A DNA stretch of 64,000 bases from Nitratireductor sp. XY-223 (GCF_004959855.1 NZ_SPNT01000009.1:54739-118738), one strand, 5' to 3'. Numbered from the stretch's first letter, positions 20,041 through 30,988 are shown. Program-made: numbers and translations. The notes: generated by a model from the letters alone, not told the origin.

Positions 20041-20928
20041 ATGGCGCAGCAGGGCAAGGTCAGAAAAGCGGTCTTTCCGGTGGCGGGCCTCGGGACGCGG
20101 TTCCTCCCGGCGACCAAGGCGATCCCCAAGGAAATGCTGACCGTCGTCGACAAGCCGGTGATCCAGTATGTCGTCGACGAGGCGCGCGCCGCCGGCATCG
20201 AGCACTTCATCTTCGTCACGGGCCGCAACAAGGCGGTCATAGAGGATCATTTCGACATCCAGGTGGAGCTCTACGATACCCTGCGCGACCGCGGCAAAAC
20301 CGACGAGCTCAGCAACCTGCAGACATTGCAGCCCAAACCCGGCCAGACCAGCTTTACCCGCCAGCAGGAGCCCCTCGGTCTCGGCCATGCCGTGTGGTGC
20401 GCGCGCGAGCTCGTGGGCGACGAGCCATTCGCGCTGCTTCTGCCGGACATGGTCATGCAGGACGCGCGCGGCTGCCTTGCCGGCATGGTCGAACTCTACG
20501 GCAAGGTCGGCGGCAACGTTATCTCGGTGGAAGAGGTTCCCGAGGAGGAAACACACCGCTACGGCATCGTCGGCGTCGGCGAGGACATCGGCGACGACGG
20601 GTTCCGGATCGATGCGATGGTCGAAAAGCCTACACCGGGAACCGCGCCGTCGAATTACTTCATCAACGGACGCTACATCCTGCAGCCAGAAATCTTCAAC
20701 ATTCTCGCGACTCAGGAAAAGGGCGCCGGCAACGAAATCCAGATCACCGACGCGATGCTGAAACTGGCCGAGGATCAGCCGTTCTCGGCGTACCGCTTCC
20801 GCGGCAATACCTTCGATTGCGGATCGAAGGAAGGCTTCATCAAGGCCAACGTGTCGTTCGCCCTGACCCGTGAGGACATCCGGGAGAAGGTGGAGGACGA
20901 CCTGCGGCGCATGCTCGAGGCACTGTAG
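20041..20928 (+). CDS. galU: UTP--glucose-1-phosphate uridylyltransferase
   Basis: N-terminus [25 protein letters not shown] is the GalU signature; GAGAGGAAAGG precedes the ATG at 20041. Confidence 0.9.
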   Translation: MAQQGKVRKAVFPVAGLGTRFLPATKAIPKEMLTVVDKPVIQYVVDEARAAGIEHFIFVTGRNKAVIEDHFDIQVELYDTLRDRGKTDELSNLQTLQPKPGQTSFTRQQEPLGLGHAVWCARELVGDEPFALLLPDMVMQDARGCLAGMVELYGKVGGNVISVEEVPEEETHRYGIVGVGEDIGDDGFRIDAMVEKPTPGTAPSNYFINGRYILQPEIFNILATQEKGAGNEIQITDAMLKLAEDQPFSAYRFRGNTFDCGSKEGFIKANVSFALTREDIREKVEDDLRRMLEAL

Positions 20929-21091
20929 GGCACGGCCCCTTGGAGGCCGATCCCTTTCGCAAATAAATCCCGTATGACGAACGCAGGACGGTAACCGCCG
21001 GCTTGCGGCAGCGTGCGGCTGTCGGCCTCCCAGTCAAAAACTGCTGGAAACGGCCTTGCCGCTGGTGGTGATCGCACGCCACCGAGCTGCT

Positions 21092-21135
21092 TTGCATAAA
21101 GTTTGTATAATTACTTGCATAAAGTTTGTATAATT
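21092..21135. repeat. Perfect 21-bp tandem direct repeat TTGCATAAAGTTTGTATAATT x2 (AT-rich island)
   Basis: Read directly: 21092-21112 and 21115-21135 are identical and separated by AC; about 20% GC inside a 63% GC genome; ~190 bp upstream of the next gene. Confidence 0.8.
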
Positions 21136-21323
21136 TATAGGATGGCTGCCGAACACAAAGAATAATGGGAGGACCAAATGCAATCCGATCTCGAGAAACA
21201 GCAGGCTTCGTCCGCTGCCAGTCACGCACCAACAACGGTGTAAGCACATTGCGAATTGCGTCGGGGACATTGAGCCCAGCGAACGCAAATCGGGAGCAAA
21301 TCAAGATCAGGAAGCCGATACCA

Positions 21324-22331
21324 ATGTCTCAAACCAACCGCGAATGGGTCATCACCGAATATTCCGGAATATCCGGGCTGCAATTGAGGGAATACACCCC
21401 GAAAGACGCCGGTCCGGGCGAGGTCCGACTGAAAGTCGAAGCGTTTGCCCTCAACTGGGGCGACATGGACCTCATGCAGGGCCGCTACTCCTTCAACTTC
21501 AGCGAACTGCCGGCGCGCATCGGCTGTGAGGCGGTGGGCATCGTCGACCAGATCGGGGAAGGGGTGACGGATATTGAAATGGGCGCGCGCTACTGCACGC
21601 TCCCCTATTTCTACGACATGAAGGGCGTCAGCGGCGACACGGTGTTGATCGATGCACGGTACCTGACGAAAGCGCCGGACGGCATGAGCGCGGTCGAGGC
21701 CGGTTCGATCTGGATGCAGTTCATGACCGCATATTATCCGATTGCCGAACTCGCAAAGGCCGCGCCCGGCGTCAATATCCTGGTCACCGCGGCGACCAGC
21801 ACGGCCGGCAGCTCGGCGCTTCAGATCGGCAAGATCAGCGGTGCGAACATGATCGGGACTTCCAGGTTCGAATACAACTGCGATTACCTGATGCAAGCCG
21901 GAGCCAGCCACGTTTATTTCGGCGAGGGCGAAGGTCTGCCGGAAGCGTTAAGGGAGTTCACCGGTGGCGTGGGCCTGCACGCTGTCTTTGATTCCATCGG
22001 TGCCGGAATGATCTCGAAATACAGCAAGGCCCTTGCAAAAGATGCGCAGATATTCACCTACGGCACGCTTGATGAAAAACTGCCTGAACTGCCGATGATG
22101 GATCTCTATCAGGCGAACGCAACCTTCAAGCCCTATTCACTGTTCAACTATATCGAGGACGCGGACTGGAAGGAGAAGGGGCTCGGTTTTGTCTACAGCG
22201 CCCTCGAATCAGGTCGGATCCGGCCCAGCATCGACCGGGTTTTCCAGATGGAAGAATACGCGGAGGCGTGGAAATATCTGCGTGCGCCGCGCAAGAGCCA
22301 CGGCAAGGTCATGATCGAGGTTGGTGACTAG
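21324..22331 (+). CDS. Zinc-type alcohol dehydrogenase / NADPH:quinone oxidoreductase family protein (MDR superfamily)
   Basis: MDR-fold N-terminus (GEVRLKVEAFALNWGD) and nucleotide-binding region (VLVTAATSTAGSSALQ). The ORF is open from 21165, but the upstream part is low-complexity. Confidence 0.7.
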   Translation: MSQTNREWVITEYSGISGLQLREYTPKDAGPGEVRLKVEAFALNWGDMDLMQGRYSFNFSELPARIGCEAVGIVDQIGEGVTDIEMGARYCTLPYFYDMKGVSGDTVLIDARYLTKAPDGMSAVEAGSIWMQFMTAYYPIAELAKAAPGVNILVTAATSTAGSSALQIGKISGANMIGTSRFEYNCDYLMQAGASHVYFGEGEGLPEALREFTGGVGLHAVFDSIGAGMISKYSKALAKDAQIFTYGTLDEKLPELPMMDLYQANATFKPYSLFNYIEDADWKEKGLGFVYSALESGRIRPSIDRVFQMEEYAEAWKYLRAPRKSHGKVMIEVGD

Positions 22332-22474
22332 GCGCGACCGGCCATGCGCCGAATGTTGATCCCCGCCCGATCCGACCCGCCTTGCCAGGCCAAAAATTGC
22401 CATTGCCTGTTGCGGCGCGGCGCGAAGCGTTTCATGTTTAGCGGGCGAATGGATCACAATAGCGGGGCGGTCGC

Positions 22475-23266
22475 GTGCCTGGGCTGGACAAGGACCCTGG
22501 CTCTGCCAGGGGTCATCTTCAAAAGGGATATATCAGGCGGCGGGCCTTTTTGCTCGGTTCCGCATCCTTCGCCGCGCTGTCGCTGAAGCCGCAGGCCCAT
22601 GGCGCCACCGTTTCGGGGGCGCTGCCGTGGAAGGCGTTCAGCGCCGACCCGCCCGAACCGGTTCCGGAGGGGCAGCGCCTGTTCTTCACCGAAGCCGAGG
22701 CCGAACTGCTTTCGGCGATCGCCGACCGCATCGTTCCCGCCGACGAGCTGAGCGTCAGCGCCAGCGAAGCCGGCTGCGTCACCTTTATCGATGCGCAGCT
22801 GATGGGGTCCTACGGCAGCGCCTCGCGGCTCTACATGAACGGACCGTTCGAAAAGGGGCTTGCGACCCAGGGCTACCAGGGTTCGCAAACGCCGGCCGAG
22901 CGCTACCGTGCGGGCCTGGCGGCGATCGCCGCCCATGTCGAGGCGCAAACGCCCGGCAAGGCGTTCGCGGCGTGGTCGGCGGACGAGCAGGATGCGCTCC
23001 TCAAGGAACTGGAGGCGGACAAGGTAACGCTTCCGGACGGCGTGGACGGGCAGGCATTCTTCGAACTCATGCTGAAGAACGTGATGGAGGGTTTTTTTGC
23101 CGATCCCGTCTATGGCGGCAACAGGGACATGGCGGGCTGGAAGATGGTCGGCTTTCCCGGCGCGCGCTACGACTACCGACCCTTCGTGGGACAGCACAAC
23201 CAGCCCTATCCGTTCGACCCGATGTCCATAATGGGCAATGCGGACTGGGTGCGGAAGGGCGGCTGA
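22475..23266 (+). CDS. Gluconate 2-dehydrogenase subunit 3 family protein (Tat-secreted small subunit)
   Basis: Twin-arginine signal (RRRAFLLGSASFAAL); family-typical sequence; its stop overlaps the start of the GMC flavoprotein gene. Confidence 0.75.
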   Translation: MPGLDKDPGSARGHLQKGYIRRRAFLLGSASFAALSLKPQAHGATVSGALPWKAFSADPPEPVPEGQRLFFTEAEAELLSAIADRIVPADELSVSASEAGCVTFIDAQLMGSYGSASRLYMNGPFEKGLATQGYQGSQTPAERYRAGLAAIAAHVEAQTPGKAFAAWSADEQDALLKELEADKVTLPDGVDGQAFFELMLKNVMEGFFADPVYGGNRDMAGWKMVGFPGARYDYRPFVGQHNQPYPFDPMSIMGNADWVRKGG

Positions 23267-23268
23267 TC

Positions 23269-25035
23269 ATGACGAACATACTGCCTCGCAAGGATGTGGT
23301 GATCGTCGGGCTTGGCTGGACGGGGTCGATCCTGGCGCATGAACTGGCGCAGGAAGGCCTCGACGTCGTCGCCATCGAGCGCGGGCCATGGCGGGACACG
23401 GCGACCTCGTTCAACATCGGTGTCATGCCCGATGAATTGCGCTTTGCCGTGCGGCGCGACCTGTTCCTGCAGCCGCGCACCGAAGCAATCACCATGCGCA
23501 ACAATGTCGACCAGGTGGCGTTGCCGATGCGCGACTACGGCTCGTTTCTGCCGGGAAACGGCGTGGGCGGGGCCGGAGTGCACTGGAACGGCCAGACCTG
23601 GCGGTTCTGGGACAGCGATTTCAGAACCCGCAGCCACCTGGTCGAGCGCTACGGCGCGCAGGCGATCGAGGGCCTTACCGTGCAGGACTGGGGCGTGACG
23701 GGGGCGGAGCTCGAAGAGTATTACGACCGCTTCGAATATCTGTGCGGCATCTCGGGAAAGGCCGGCAACATCAACGGCACCATCCAGCCCGGCGGCAATC
23801 CGTTCGAAGACCCGCGCAGCCGGGACTACCCACTGCCGCCGATGCAGATGACCTACGGGCCGAGCCTGTTTGCCGAGATCACCAGCGGGATGGGGCTCCA
23901 TCCCTTCCCGTGCCCGTCGGCGAACCTGTCGCAGAACTATGTCAATCCGCTGGGCGTTGCCATGTCGCAATGCAGCTATTGCGGCTTTTGCGAGCGTTTC
24001 GGCTGTGCCAACTACGCGAAAGCCTCGCCGCAGACGACGGTCCTGCCGGCGCTGATGCGCTTTTCGAACTTTGAGGCGCGCACCCTGTGCGAGGTGCTCG
24101 AGGTCAACCTCGCGCCGGGCGGCGAGACGGCACGCGGTGTCACCTACGTGGACAGCAGCAACGAAGAATATTTCCAGCCGGCCGATCTGGTGCTGCTGTG
24201 CGCCTACGGCCTGTTCAACGTACGGCTGATGATGCTCTCGGGGATCGGCGAGATCTACGACCCGCAGACCCAGACCGGAACCGTAGGCCGCAACTACTGT
24301 TACCAGACCAATGCCAGCGCCAAGCTGTTCTTCGACGACAAGACCTTCAATCCGTTCATTGCGGCCGGTGCGCTCGGCCAGACATGCGACGACTACAACG
24401 GCGACGCGTTCGATCACTCCGGGCTGGGTTTCGTCGGCGGCTCGGGCATCAATTGCCTACCCACCAATGGCCGTCCGATCGAAACGCGTTACCTGCCGCA
24501 CCACACGCCCAGATGGGGCTCGGAGTGGAAGAAGGCGACGGCGAAGTACTATTCCAATACGCTGCACTTCACCTCGCAGGGATCGAGCTACGCCGCACGC
24601 GGCAACTATCTCGACCTCGACCCGACCTACAAGGACCGTCACGGCAGGCCGCTCCTGCGCATGACTTTCGACTTTACCGACAACGACGTTCGCATGTCTG
24701 ACTGGGTTTCCGACCGGATGGAAGACATCGCCAAGGCGTCCGGCGCGCCGAAATACAGCATATCGCGCGTGGCGAAAGGCTGGAACTCGGCCGTCTACCA
24801 AAGCACGCACAATGTCGGCGGGGCGATCATGGGCGCCGATCCGGCAACCAGCGCGGTCAATCCTTGGCTGCAGAGCTGGGATGTGCCCAACGTCTTCGTG
24901 ATCGGTGCATCGGCGTTTCCGCAGAATACTGGAAAGAACCCCACCGGAACGGTCGGTGCGCTGGCGTTTCGAACGGCCCGCGCCATCCGCGAGCAGTATC
25001 TGCGCAACCCCGGTGCGGCGCTGGTGCCGCGATGA
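23269..25035 (+). CDS. GMC family oxidoreductase, FAD flavoprotein (gluconate 2-dehydrogenase large subunit-like)
   Basis: N-terminal Rossmann motif DVVIVGLGWTGS and GMC C-terminal region; its start overlaps the upstream gene's stop and its stop overlaps the cytochrome gene's start (ATGA). Confidence 0.8.
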   Translation: MTNILPRKDVVIVGLGWTGSILAHELAQEGLDVVAIERGPWRDTATSFNIGVMPDELRFAVRRDLFLQPRTEAITMRNNVDQVALPMRDYGSFLPGNGVGGAGVHWNGQTWRFWDSDFRTRSHLVERYGAQAIEGLTVQDWGVTGAELEEYYDRFEYLCGISGKAGNINGTIQPGGNPFEDPRSRDYPLPPMQMTYGPSLFAEITSGMGLHPFPCPSANLSQNYVNPLGVAMSQCSYCGFCERFGCANYAKASPQTTVLPALMRFSNFEARTLCEVLEVNLAPGGETARGVTYVDSSNEEYFQPADLVLLCAYGLFNVRLMMLSGIGEIYDPQTQTGTVGRNYCYQTNASAKLFFDDKTFNPFIAAGALGQTCDDYNGDAFDHSGLGFVGGSGINCLPTNGRPIETRYLPHHTPRWGSEWKKATAKYYSNTLHFTSQGSSYAARGNYLDLDPTYKDRHGRPLLRMTFDFTDNDVRMSDWVSDRMEDIAKASGAPKYSISRVAKGWNSAVYQSTHNVGGAIMGADPATSAVNPWLQSWDVPNVFVIGASAFPQNTGKNPTGTVGALAFRTARAIREQYLRNPGAALVPR

Positions 25036-26270
25036 GGCACGGCGGCCTGCTCCGTTTCGCCGGCTGGGCCGTCATCGGTCTCTTCCTCGCTGTGAGCGCA
25101 CCCGCCCGCGCCGACGGCCTTGTCCAGGCGGACGTCCTTTACAACGGGTACTACCAGTCGGTCCTCGGCGATTGCAGCGGCTGCCACACGAAAGCGGGCG
25201 GCGCGTTGCTGGCCGGGGGCGATCCCATCGAAACGCCCTTCGGCACCATCGTGCCGCCGAACATCACCCCCGATGTCGAGACCGGGATCGGCCGGTGGAG
25301 CCTGGAGGATTTCCGCGGCGCGATGCACAGGGGCATCGGCCGGGGCGGCAAGCGGCTCTATCCCGCGATGCCCTATCCCTATTATGCGCTGATGCCGCAA
25401 AGGGATGTGGACGCCCTGTGGACCTGGCTGCAGACGGTGCCGCCGGTCTCGAACGCGGTCGAGGCCAATCTGCTGCCGTTTCCCTTCAACGAGCGCGAAG
25501 CCATGGCGGGCTGGAACGAGATCAACTTCCGGCCCGGGCCGTTCCAGCGGGATCCGGATCGGTCCGACCAGTGGAATCGCGGCGCCTATCTGGTGCGCGG
25601 GCCCGGCCACTGCGCGGCCTGCCACAGCCCCAAGAACGTCACCGGAGGCGACGTCGCCGACAGGTACCTGCAGGGCGCGCTGCTGCAGGGCTGGTTCGCG
25701 CCCGAGATCACCGGCGATGCCTGGCGCGGCCTTGGCGGCTGGAGCGAGGAGGAGATCGTCGCCTACCTGGCGACCGGCACGTCAGGCAGGGCGGTGGCCT
25801 CGGGCCCGATGCGGGAGGTGATCGAGGCCTCGACCTCGAAAATGAAGAACGACGACCTGCGCGCGATCGCCACTTATCTCAAGAGCCTTGCCGGAAGCGA
25901 CGGCGCCAGGCCGACGCCGGTGGCGGCGGACAATCCGCGCATGGTTGCGGGCGGCGCGGTCTACCGCGATAACTGCGCGGCCTGTCACGGCACCGACGGC
26001 GACGGGGCGCGCAATCTCATTCCGGCGCTTGCGGGCAGCGCCGCCGTGCAGCAGGAAATGACCGACACGCTGGCCCGGGTGGTGATCGAGGGCGTACAGG
26101 GCGCATCGTCCGACAAGGCACCGACCGCGCCGGCAATGCCGGCGCTCGGATGGCGGCTCAGCGACGCCGAGGTCGCCGACGTTCTGACCTATATACGCAA
26201 CAGTTGGGGAAATGCGGCAGCGGAAGTCGAGGCCAGGTCCGTTGAGGACGTGCGCGCGAAACTGAAGTGA
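25032..26270 (+). CDS. Triheme cytochrome c subunit of the membrane dehydrogenase complex
   Basis: Signal peptide and three CXXCH motifs (CSGCH, CAACH, CAACH); translationally coupled to the flavoprotein gene. Confidence 0.8.
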   Translation: MRHGGLLRFAGWAVIGLFLAVSAPARADGLVQADVLYNGYYQSVLGDCSGCHTKAGGALLAGGDPIETPFGTIVPPNITPDVETGIGRWSLEDFRGAMHRGIGRGGKRLYPAMPYPYYALMPQRDVDALWTWLQTVPPVSNAVEANLLPFPFNEREAMAGWNEINFRPGPFQRDPDRSDQWNRGAYLVRGPGHCAACHSPKNVTGGDVADRYLQGALLQGWFAPEITGDAWRGLGGWSEEEIVAYLATGTSGRAVASGPMREVIEASTSKMKNDDLRAIATYLKSLAGSDGARPTPVAADNPRMVAGGAVYRDNCAACHGTDGDGARNLIPALAGSAAVQQEMTDTLARVVIEGVQGASSDKAPTAPAMPALGWRLSDAEVADVLTYIRNSWGNAAAEVEARSVEDVRAKLK

Positions 26271-26291
26271 CCCCGGCCGGCCGCGTTCCTG

Positions 26292-27776
26292 CTATCGCTG
26301 CATCTTGACGCCGACACCGACGAACAGATCGTCTTCCTCGGTGCCGCCATCGTTGAACCTGCGCTCATATGTGACGCCGCCGTCAACGGCGAAGTAGCGG
26401 TTGAGCCACCAGGTCAAGCCGGCGCCGGCGCCGACCACCGTCTGGTTCGGTGTCGGGCCCACATAGTCGCGCCAGCCGACAACGCCGCTGACGCTCGCCT
26501 GAACATCGGTGCGCATGCGGTGGGTGATCTCGCCGGTCGCCGCATAGTAGACCGAGCCGGATTCATTGGCCGTCGTCGAATCTTCGAGGGACGTGGAAAG
26601 ACCCATCAGGACATTGGTACCGCGGCGCGGCGACCAGGTCGCGAATCCGTCGATGGTGAACGCCTTGATCGGCTCGAGCCGGCTGTCGTCGATGTCGCGC
26701 TGCGCATAGCCGACCGAAACCTCGCCGGTGAGCTTCTCGCCGAAATCGGTCGCGACACCGGCGCGCAGTCCGTAGGTGCTCGATGAGCGGGCGAATCCCG
26801 AGGAATCGAGCGTGTCATCATAGATGATCTGGCCGAAATCGCCCTCGACAAAGGGGCGGTAGGCCGATCCGGTTTCCAGTCCGGCGCGCAGGGTGACGGT
26901 GTAGTTGTTCTCGTTTCGGTCGGACAGCGAAAGGAGGGTGCCGTTCGACAACTCGGCGCTTCCAAAGGTCGTGCGGCCGCCGTCGACCGTTGCCGTGCCG
27001 CGCCACGAGCCGAACAGATGCGTGAGCGAGGCCGAGGCGTCGAATGTATGGACCTCGGCCTGGGCTATGGCGTTGTTGATGGCGTTGGCGTCGGTCTGGT
27101 TCTCGCGGCCGAACTGGTAGTCGAAACTGAGATCGGCCGTCGTCGTCGAGGAGATGTCGAGCCTGAGATCCGCATTGACCGAGGTCTGCGGGTCTTCCGC
27201 TCCGTCGCCGCTGATCGTCTTGTCGATGACCTGTTCGGCGCCGATGACCAGCTGGTGCCGCGACCAGTCCGACTCGATGTCCGTGTCGAGCACGGTCCGG
27301 CTGTAGGTCCTGGAAGTGGTCTCGGTTCCGTCGTTATCGTGCTCGTAGGCGATCTGCTGCGTCACCGACGGGCGCATCACGAATGTGCCGACGCGAATGC
27401 CGACCGGTTCGAAGGGATCCGGATCGTCGCGCCTGTTCTCCTGGACGGCGACGGGCTGTGAGCGCGGGTTCGTTGTGTCGGCGCTCTGTACGGGCTCGAT
27501 GGGCTCGAGGATGAGGGGCGGCTCGGCCACCGGCTCATCCTCGACCGGGTCCTCGCCGATGCGTTCCGCCGCGCGCAGAAGCCGGCGCCGCTCGGCGGCG
27601 CTGAGCCCGCCGTCATCGGTGATGCCGCGCAATAGAAGGTCTTCGTTGCTGAGCGCCTGCGCGCGGGTCTCGCCGGGGGCGGAAAGGCATGCGACGGCCG
27701 CAAGAATCAGCAACCCCGCCCGCGGCGGGGATGCGGCAAACCCAGTACTTTCGAAAACGCGCTTGCTCGACGCCAT
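26292..27776 (-). CDS. Putative outer-membrane beta-barrel protein
   Basis: Signal peptide (LLILAAVACLSAPGETRAQA), acidic linker, then long alternating beta-strand-like sequence rich in Gly, Thr and Tyr; no enzymatic motifs; the start is uncertain. Confidence 0.45.
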   Translation of the reverse strand: MASSKRVFESTGFAASPPRAGLLILAAVACLSAPGETRAQALSNEDLLLRGITDDGGLSAAERRRLLRAAERIGEDPVEDEPVAEPPLILEPIEPVQSADTTNPRSQPVAVQENRRDDPDPFEPVGIRVGTFVMRPSVTQQIAYEHDNDGTETTSRTYSRTVLDTDIESDWSRHQLVIGAEQVIDKTISGDGAEDPQTSVNADLRLDISSTTTADLSFDYQFGRENQTDANAINNAIAQAEVHTFDASASLTHLFGSWRGTATVDGGRTTFGSAELSNGTLLSLSDRNENNYTVTLRAGLETGSAYRPFVEGDFGQIIYDDTLDSSGFARSSSTYGLRAGVATDFGEKLTGEVSVGYAQRDIDDSRLEPIKAFTIDGFATWSPRRGTNVLMGLSTSLEDSTTANESGSVYYAATGEITHRMRTDVQASVSGVVGWRDYVGPTPNQTVVGAGAGLTWWLNRYFAVDGGVTYERRFNDGGTEEDDLFVGVGVKMQR

Positions 27777-27877
27777 GGACGGGTGGCCTGAACCGGTTTG
27801 AAATCTTGTCAAACCGTAAAGCGTCGTGGTTAAGGCTTCCTTTACAGCGCAGCCGGCAGACGGGCCCGAAACCCTTT

Positions 27878-28333
27878 CTATTCGGCCTCGACGCGCAATT
27901 CCCGGCCGGCGCTCTCAACGACCCGCACACGGGCGCCGACGGGCAGGTCCGGGCCGCTCACCACCCAGGTGGTGTCGTCGATGCGAATGCGGCCGCGGCC
28001 TTCGCTGATCGGCTCGGACAGGGTCGCGGTGCGGCCGACCAGGCTGGCGCCGCGTTTGTTGAGCAGCGGCTCGTCCGACTTGCCGCTGCGGGCCATGATG
28101 CGGCGTCCGACAATCGCCGCGGCAACGGCCAGAACCGCGAAGACGAGGATCTGCACCTGCCAGACCCAGAAGGGATCGGACCAGAAGAACAGCGACAGGA
28201 CGCCGACGATGATGGCGGCGATGCCGATCCAGATCAGGAACACGCCCGGCATCAGGATCTCGGCGGCCAGGAGGACCAGGCCGAGGACCCACCAGCTCCA
28301 GGGGCCGAGTTCGACGACGATACGCTCGATCAT
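27878..28333 (-). CDS. NfeD family membrane protein
   Basis: Two N-terminal TM helices plus a C-terminal OB-fold-like NfeD domain; start overlaps the upstream SPFH gene's stop, as in a classic SPFH-NfeD operon. Confidence 0.75.
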   Translation of the reverse strand: MIERIVVELGPWSWWVLGLVLLAAEILMPGVFLIWIGIAAIIVGVLSLFFWSDPFWVWQVQILVFAVLAVAAAIVGRRIMARSGKSDEPLLNKRGASLVGRTATLSEPISEGRGRIRIDDTTWVVSGPDLPVGARVRVVESAGRELRVEAE

Positions 28334-29325
28334 GTCTCGTCATCCCGCAAGCCGGCCGACGGCACCGAGCCCCGGCGCGGCGTGCCGCCTGCAGCCGGTT
28401 GTCCGCCTTCGCCGAAGACTTCCTTGGCGATGGCGCCGATGCCGCCGAGCGAGCCGATCAGCGACGAGGCCTCCATCGGCATCAGCACGATTTTCTGGTT
28501 CCTGGCGGTGCCGATCGACTGGATCGCCTCGGTGTATTTCTGGGCGACGAAGTAGTTGATCGCCTGCACGTCGCCGACAGCGATCGCTTCCGACACGACC
28601 TTGGTTGCCATCGCCTCGGCCTGGGCCAGCCTTTCGCGGGCCTCGGCCTCCCGGAAGGCGGCCTCGCGCGTGCCCTCGGCCTCGAGGATGGCCGCCTGCT
28701 TGGACCCTTCCGCGCGCAGGATCTGGGCGTTTCGCGAGCCTTCCGCCTCCAGCACCTCGGCGCGCTTGTCGCGCTCGGCCTTCATCTGCCGGGCCATCGC
28801 GTCGACAAGGTCGTTCGGCGGATTGATGTCCTTGATCTCGACGCGGGTGATCTTGATGCCCCAGGGGCTGGCCGCCTCGTCGACGACGCGCAGCAGCCGG
28901 TCGTTGATAGCGTCACGGTTGGACAGGAGCTCGTCGAGGTCCATCGATCCCATCACCGAACGGATGTTCGTCATGGTCAGGTTCAAGAGGGCGGTTTCCA
29001 GGTTGTTGACCTGGTAGGCCGCCTGCGGCGCGTTGAGGACCTGGTAGAAGGCAACGGCGTCGGCGGCGACGGAGGCGTTGTCCTTGGTGATGACCTCCTG
29101 GGTCGGAACGTCCAGAACCTGCTCCATCATGTTCATGCGGGCGCCGATGCGGTCGACAAACGGAATGATGAGGTTGAGACCGGGTTCGAGTGTCTTCGTA
29201 TAGCGGCCGAACCGCTCGACCGTGTAGTTGAATCCCTGAGCGACCGTCTTGATCCCGGCAAACAGGATCAGGACGACAAGAACAACAAATACAAGAACCG
29301 CAATGTCGAAACCGCTGAAAGGCAT
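28330..29325 (-). CDS. SPFH/band 7 (stomatin-like) protein
   Basis: N-terminal TM helix followed by an SPFH domain and an Ala/Glu-rich coiled coil. Confidence 0.8.
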   Translation of the reverse strand: MPFSGFDIAVLVFVVLVVLILFAGIKTVAQGFNYTVERFGRYTKTLEPGLNLIIPFVDRIGARMNMMEQVLDVPTQEVITKDNASVAADAVAFYQVLNAPQAAYQVNNLETALLNLTMTNIRSVMGSMDLDELLSNRDAINDRLLRVVDEAASPWGIKITRVEIKDINPPNDLVDAMARQMKAERDKRAEVLEAEGSRNAQILRAEGSKQAAILEAEGTREAAFREAEARERLAQAEAMATKVVSEAIAVGDVQAINYFVAQKYTEAIQSIGTARNQKIVLMPMEASSLIGSLGGIGAIAKEVFGEGGQPAAGGTPRRGSVPSAGLRDDET

Positions 29326-29471
29326 GAATTGTCTCCCGCTATCGGGCCGGTTGGTAAGCAGCCGAATCAGTCGGCATGCTTGCGACCCCCTCAGTTAAGA
29401 TGGGTGTAAGCCGGAAAAGTTGCAAACATGTCCCGGTTTTGCGTGTGGAAGGCGGCCAAGCGCCAGCGCAC

Positions 29472-30530
29472 TCAGAGCCAGCCCTGCAGCTCGCGACGCA
29501 CGACCGTTTCGATCACCGCCATGCCGGCGGGGCTGTCGTTGAGGCAGGGGATGTGGGTGAAATGCTCACCGCCGTTCTCGTGGAAGATCTCGCCGGCCTC
29601 GCCGGCTATTTCTTCAAGCGTTTCGAGGCAGTCGGATACAAATCCCGGATTGATGACGGCAATGCGCCTGACCCCGTCCTTCGCCAGTTTACCGACGGTT
29701 TCGTCCGTATAGGGCTGCAGCCATTCCTCGGGTCCAAAGCGGGACTGGAAGGTGGTCATCAGCTTGCTGTCGTCCCAGCCGAGCCGCTCGCGCACCAGGC
29801 GCGACGTCTTCATGCAGTGGCAATGATAGGGATCGCCGTTCTTGAAATAGGATTGTGGTATGCCGTGGAAGGACGCGAGGACGACCTCCGGTTCCCAGTC
29901 GAGCGTCGAAAGGTGTCCGGTGATCGAAGCGGCAATCGCCTCGATATAGGCCGGATCGTCGTGATAGGGCGGCACGGTGCGCAGCGCCGGCTGCCAGCGC
30001 ATCGCCATCAGCGTCTCGAACGCCTTGTCGTTGACCGTCGCCGTGGTGCTCGCGGCGTATTGCGGGTAGAGCGGAAACAAGAGGATGCGTTCGCACCCGG
30101 CGTCTTTCAGGGCGTTCAGCCGGTCGGGAATCGACGGTTGCCCGTAACGCATCGCCCAGTCGACCATGATGTCCGGATGTGCCCTGAACGCCTCGGCAAG
30201 CCTGTCGGATTGGTCGCGCGTGTAGGTGCGCAGGTAACTCTCGTCCAGTTCCTTGTTCCAGATGCTCTCATAGGCCTTGCCGACCTTGCCGGGGCGGGTG
30301 TTGAGGACGATGCCGAAGAGGATCGGGTACCACAGCGCGCGCGGCCACTCGATGACCCGCTTGTCGGTCAGGAACTCGCGCAGGTAACGGCGCATCGACG
30401 TGTAGTCGGTACCGTCGGGCGTTCCGAGATTGACGAGCAGCACACCGACCTTGCCGAAGGCGACATCCGGATGGCCGGAGGGCAGCGGCGAGGCCACGGA
30501 TTTCAGATCGGTGCTGTCGGCGTGCTTCAT
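29472..30530 (-). CDS. hemH: Ferrochelatase
   Basis: Ferrochelatase motifs throughout (LLVNLGTP, YPQYAASTT, FSFHGIP-like region). Confidence 0.85.
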   Translation of the reverse strand: MKHADSTDLKSVASPLPSGHPDVAFGKVGVLLVNLGTPDGTDYTSMRRYLREFLTDKRVIEWPRALWYPILFGIVLNTRPGKVGKAYESIWNKELDESYLRTYTRDQSDRLAEAFRAHPDIMVDWAMRYGQPSIPDRLNALKDAGCERILLFPLYPQYAASTTATVNDKAFETLMAMRWQPALRTVPPYHDDPAYIEAIAASITGHLSTLDWEPEVVLASFHGIPQSYFKNGDPYHCHCMKTSRLVRERLGWDDSKLMTTFQSRFGPEEWLQPYTDETVGKLAKDGVRRIAVINPGFVSDCLETLEEIAGEAGEIFHENGGEHFTHIPCLNDSPAGMAVIETVVRRELQGWL

Positions 30531-30844
30531 TGTTCTTTCCGCTTCATGTCCGTTCGGAACATATGCGGCAGCGGGGTTTTTTCAAGCGGAGCCGTGCAAT
30601 TGGCGAATGTATCTCAACAGGGTTGGCCCGTTATGCCTGTTGCGTAACTGCAACAGTCGCCTTTGTAACCCAATCGGGCTGATGAAAGTTCCATGGAGGC
30701 TGTTGCCATGGGATGCGGCTCGCAGTAGAAGCCGCGTCCCGGTTACAAACCGATGCGAGTGCAGCGGATGGAGTTCCGGATGCTCCTCCGGCGCGGGTCG
30801 CCCTGCGTTCCCCGTGTACACGCACCGTAGCGGCGATCGGGGAC

Positions 30845-30917
30845 GCGCACATAGCTCAGAGGATAGAGCGCCGGTCCGCGACACCGGAGGCCGCGGGTTC
30901 GACTCCCGCTATGCGAC
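30845..30917 (+). tRNA. tRNA-like gene, apparent anticodon GCG (Arg?); possibly a pseudo-tRNA
   Basis: Canonical D-arm (GCTC-AGAGGATA-GAGC), anticodon arm (CCGGT/ACCGG) and T-arm (GCGGG-TTCGACT-CCCGC) read from the sequence. By hand folding the acceptor stem pairs at only 5 of 7 positions, position 33 is C rather than the near-universal U, and the GCG anticodon is unusual. These may be real anomalies or folding errors. Confidence 0.4.
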
Positions 30918-30988
30918 ACATGTAGCTCAACTGGTAGAGCACCAGACCTGTAATCTGGAGGTTGAGGGTTCGAGTCCCTCCTCACTTA
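30916..30988 (+). tRNA. tRNA-like gene, apparent anticodon TGT (Thr?); possibly a pseudo-tRNA
   Basis: D-arm (GCTC-AACTGGTA-GAGC), anticodon arm (CCAGA/TCTGG) and T-arm (GAGGG-TTCGAGT-CCCTC) are canonical. The flanking 7-mers do not form an acceptor stem (2 of 7 pairs) and position 33 is C. The 5' end overlaps the previous tRNA-like gene. Confidence 0.35.

Noticed and set aside
21165-21323. Upstream in-frame extension of the MDR oxidoreductase ORF (start at 21165)
   Set aside because: The extension is low-complexity, lacks an SD and precedes the conserved MDR N-terminus; the internal ATG at 21324 is preferred
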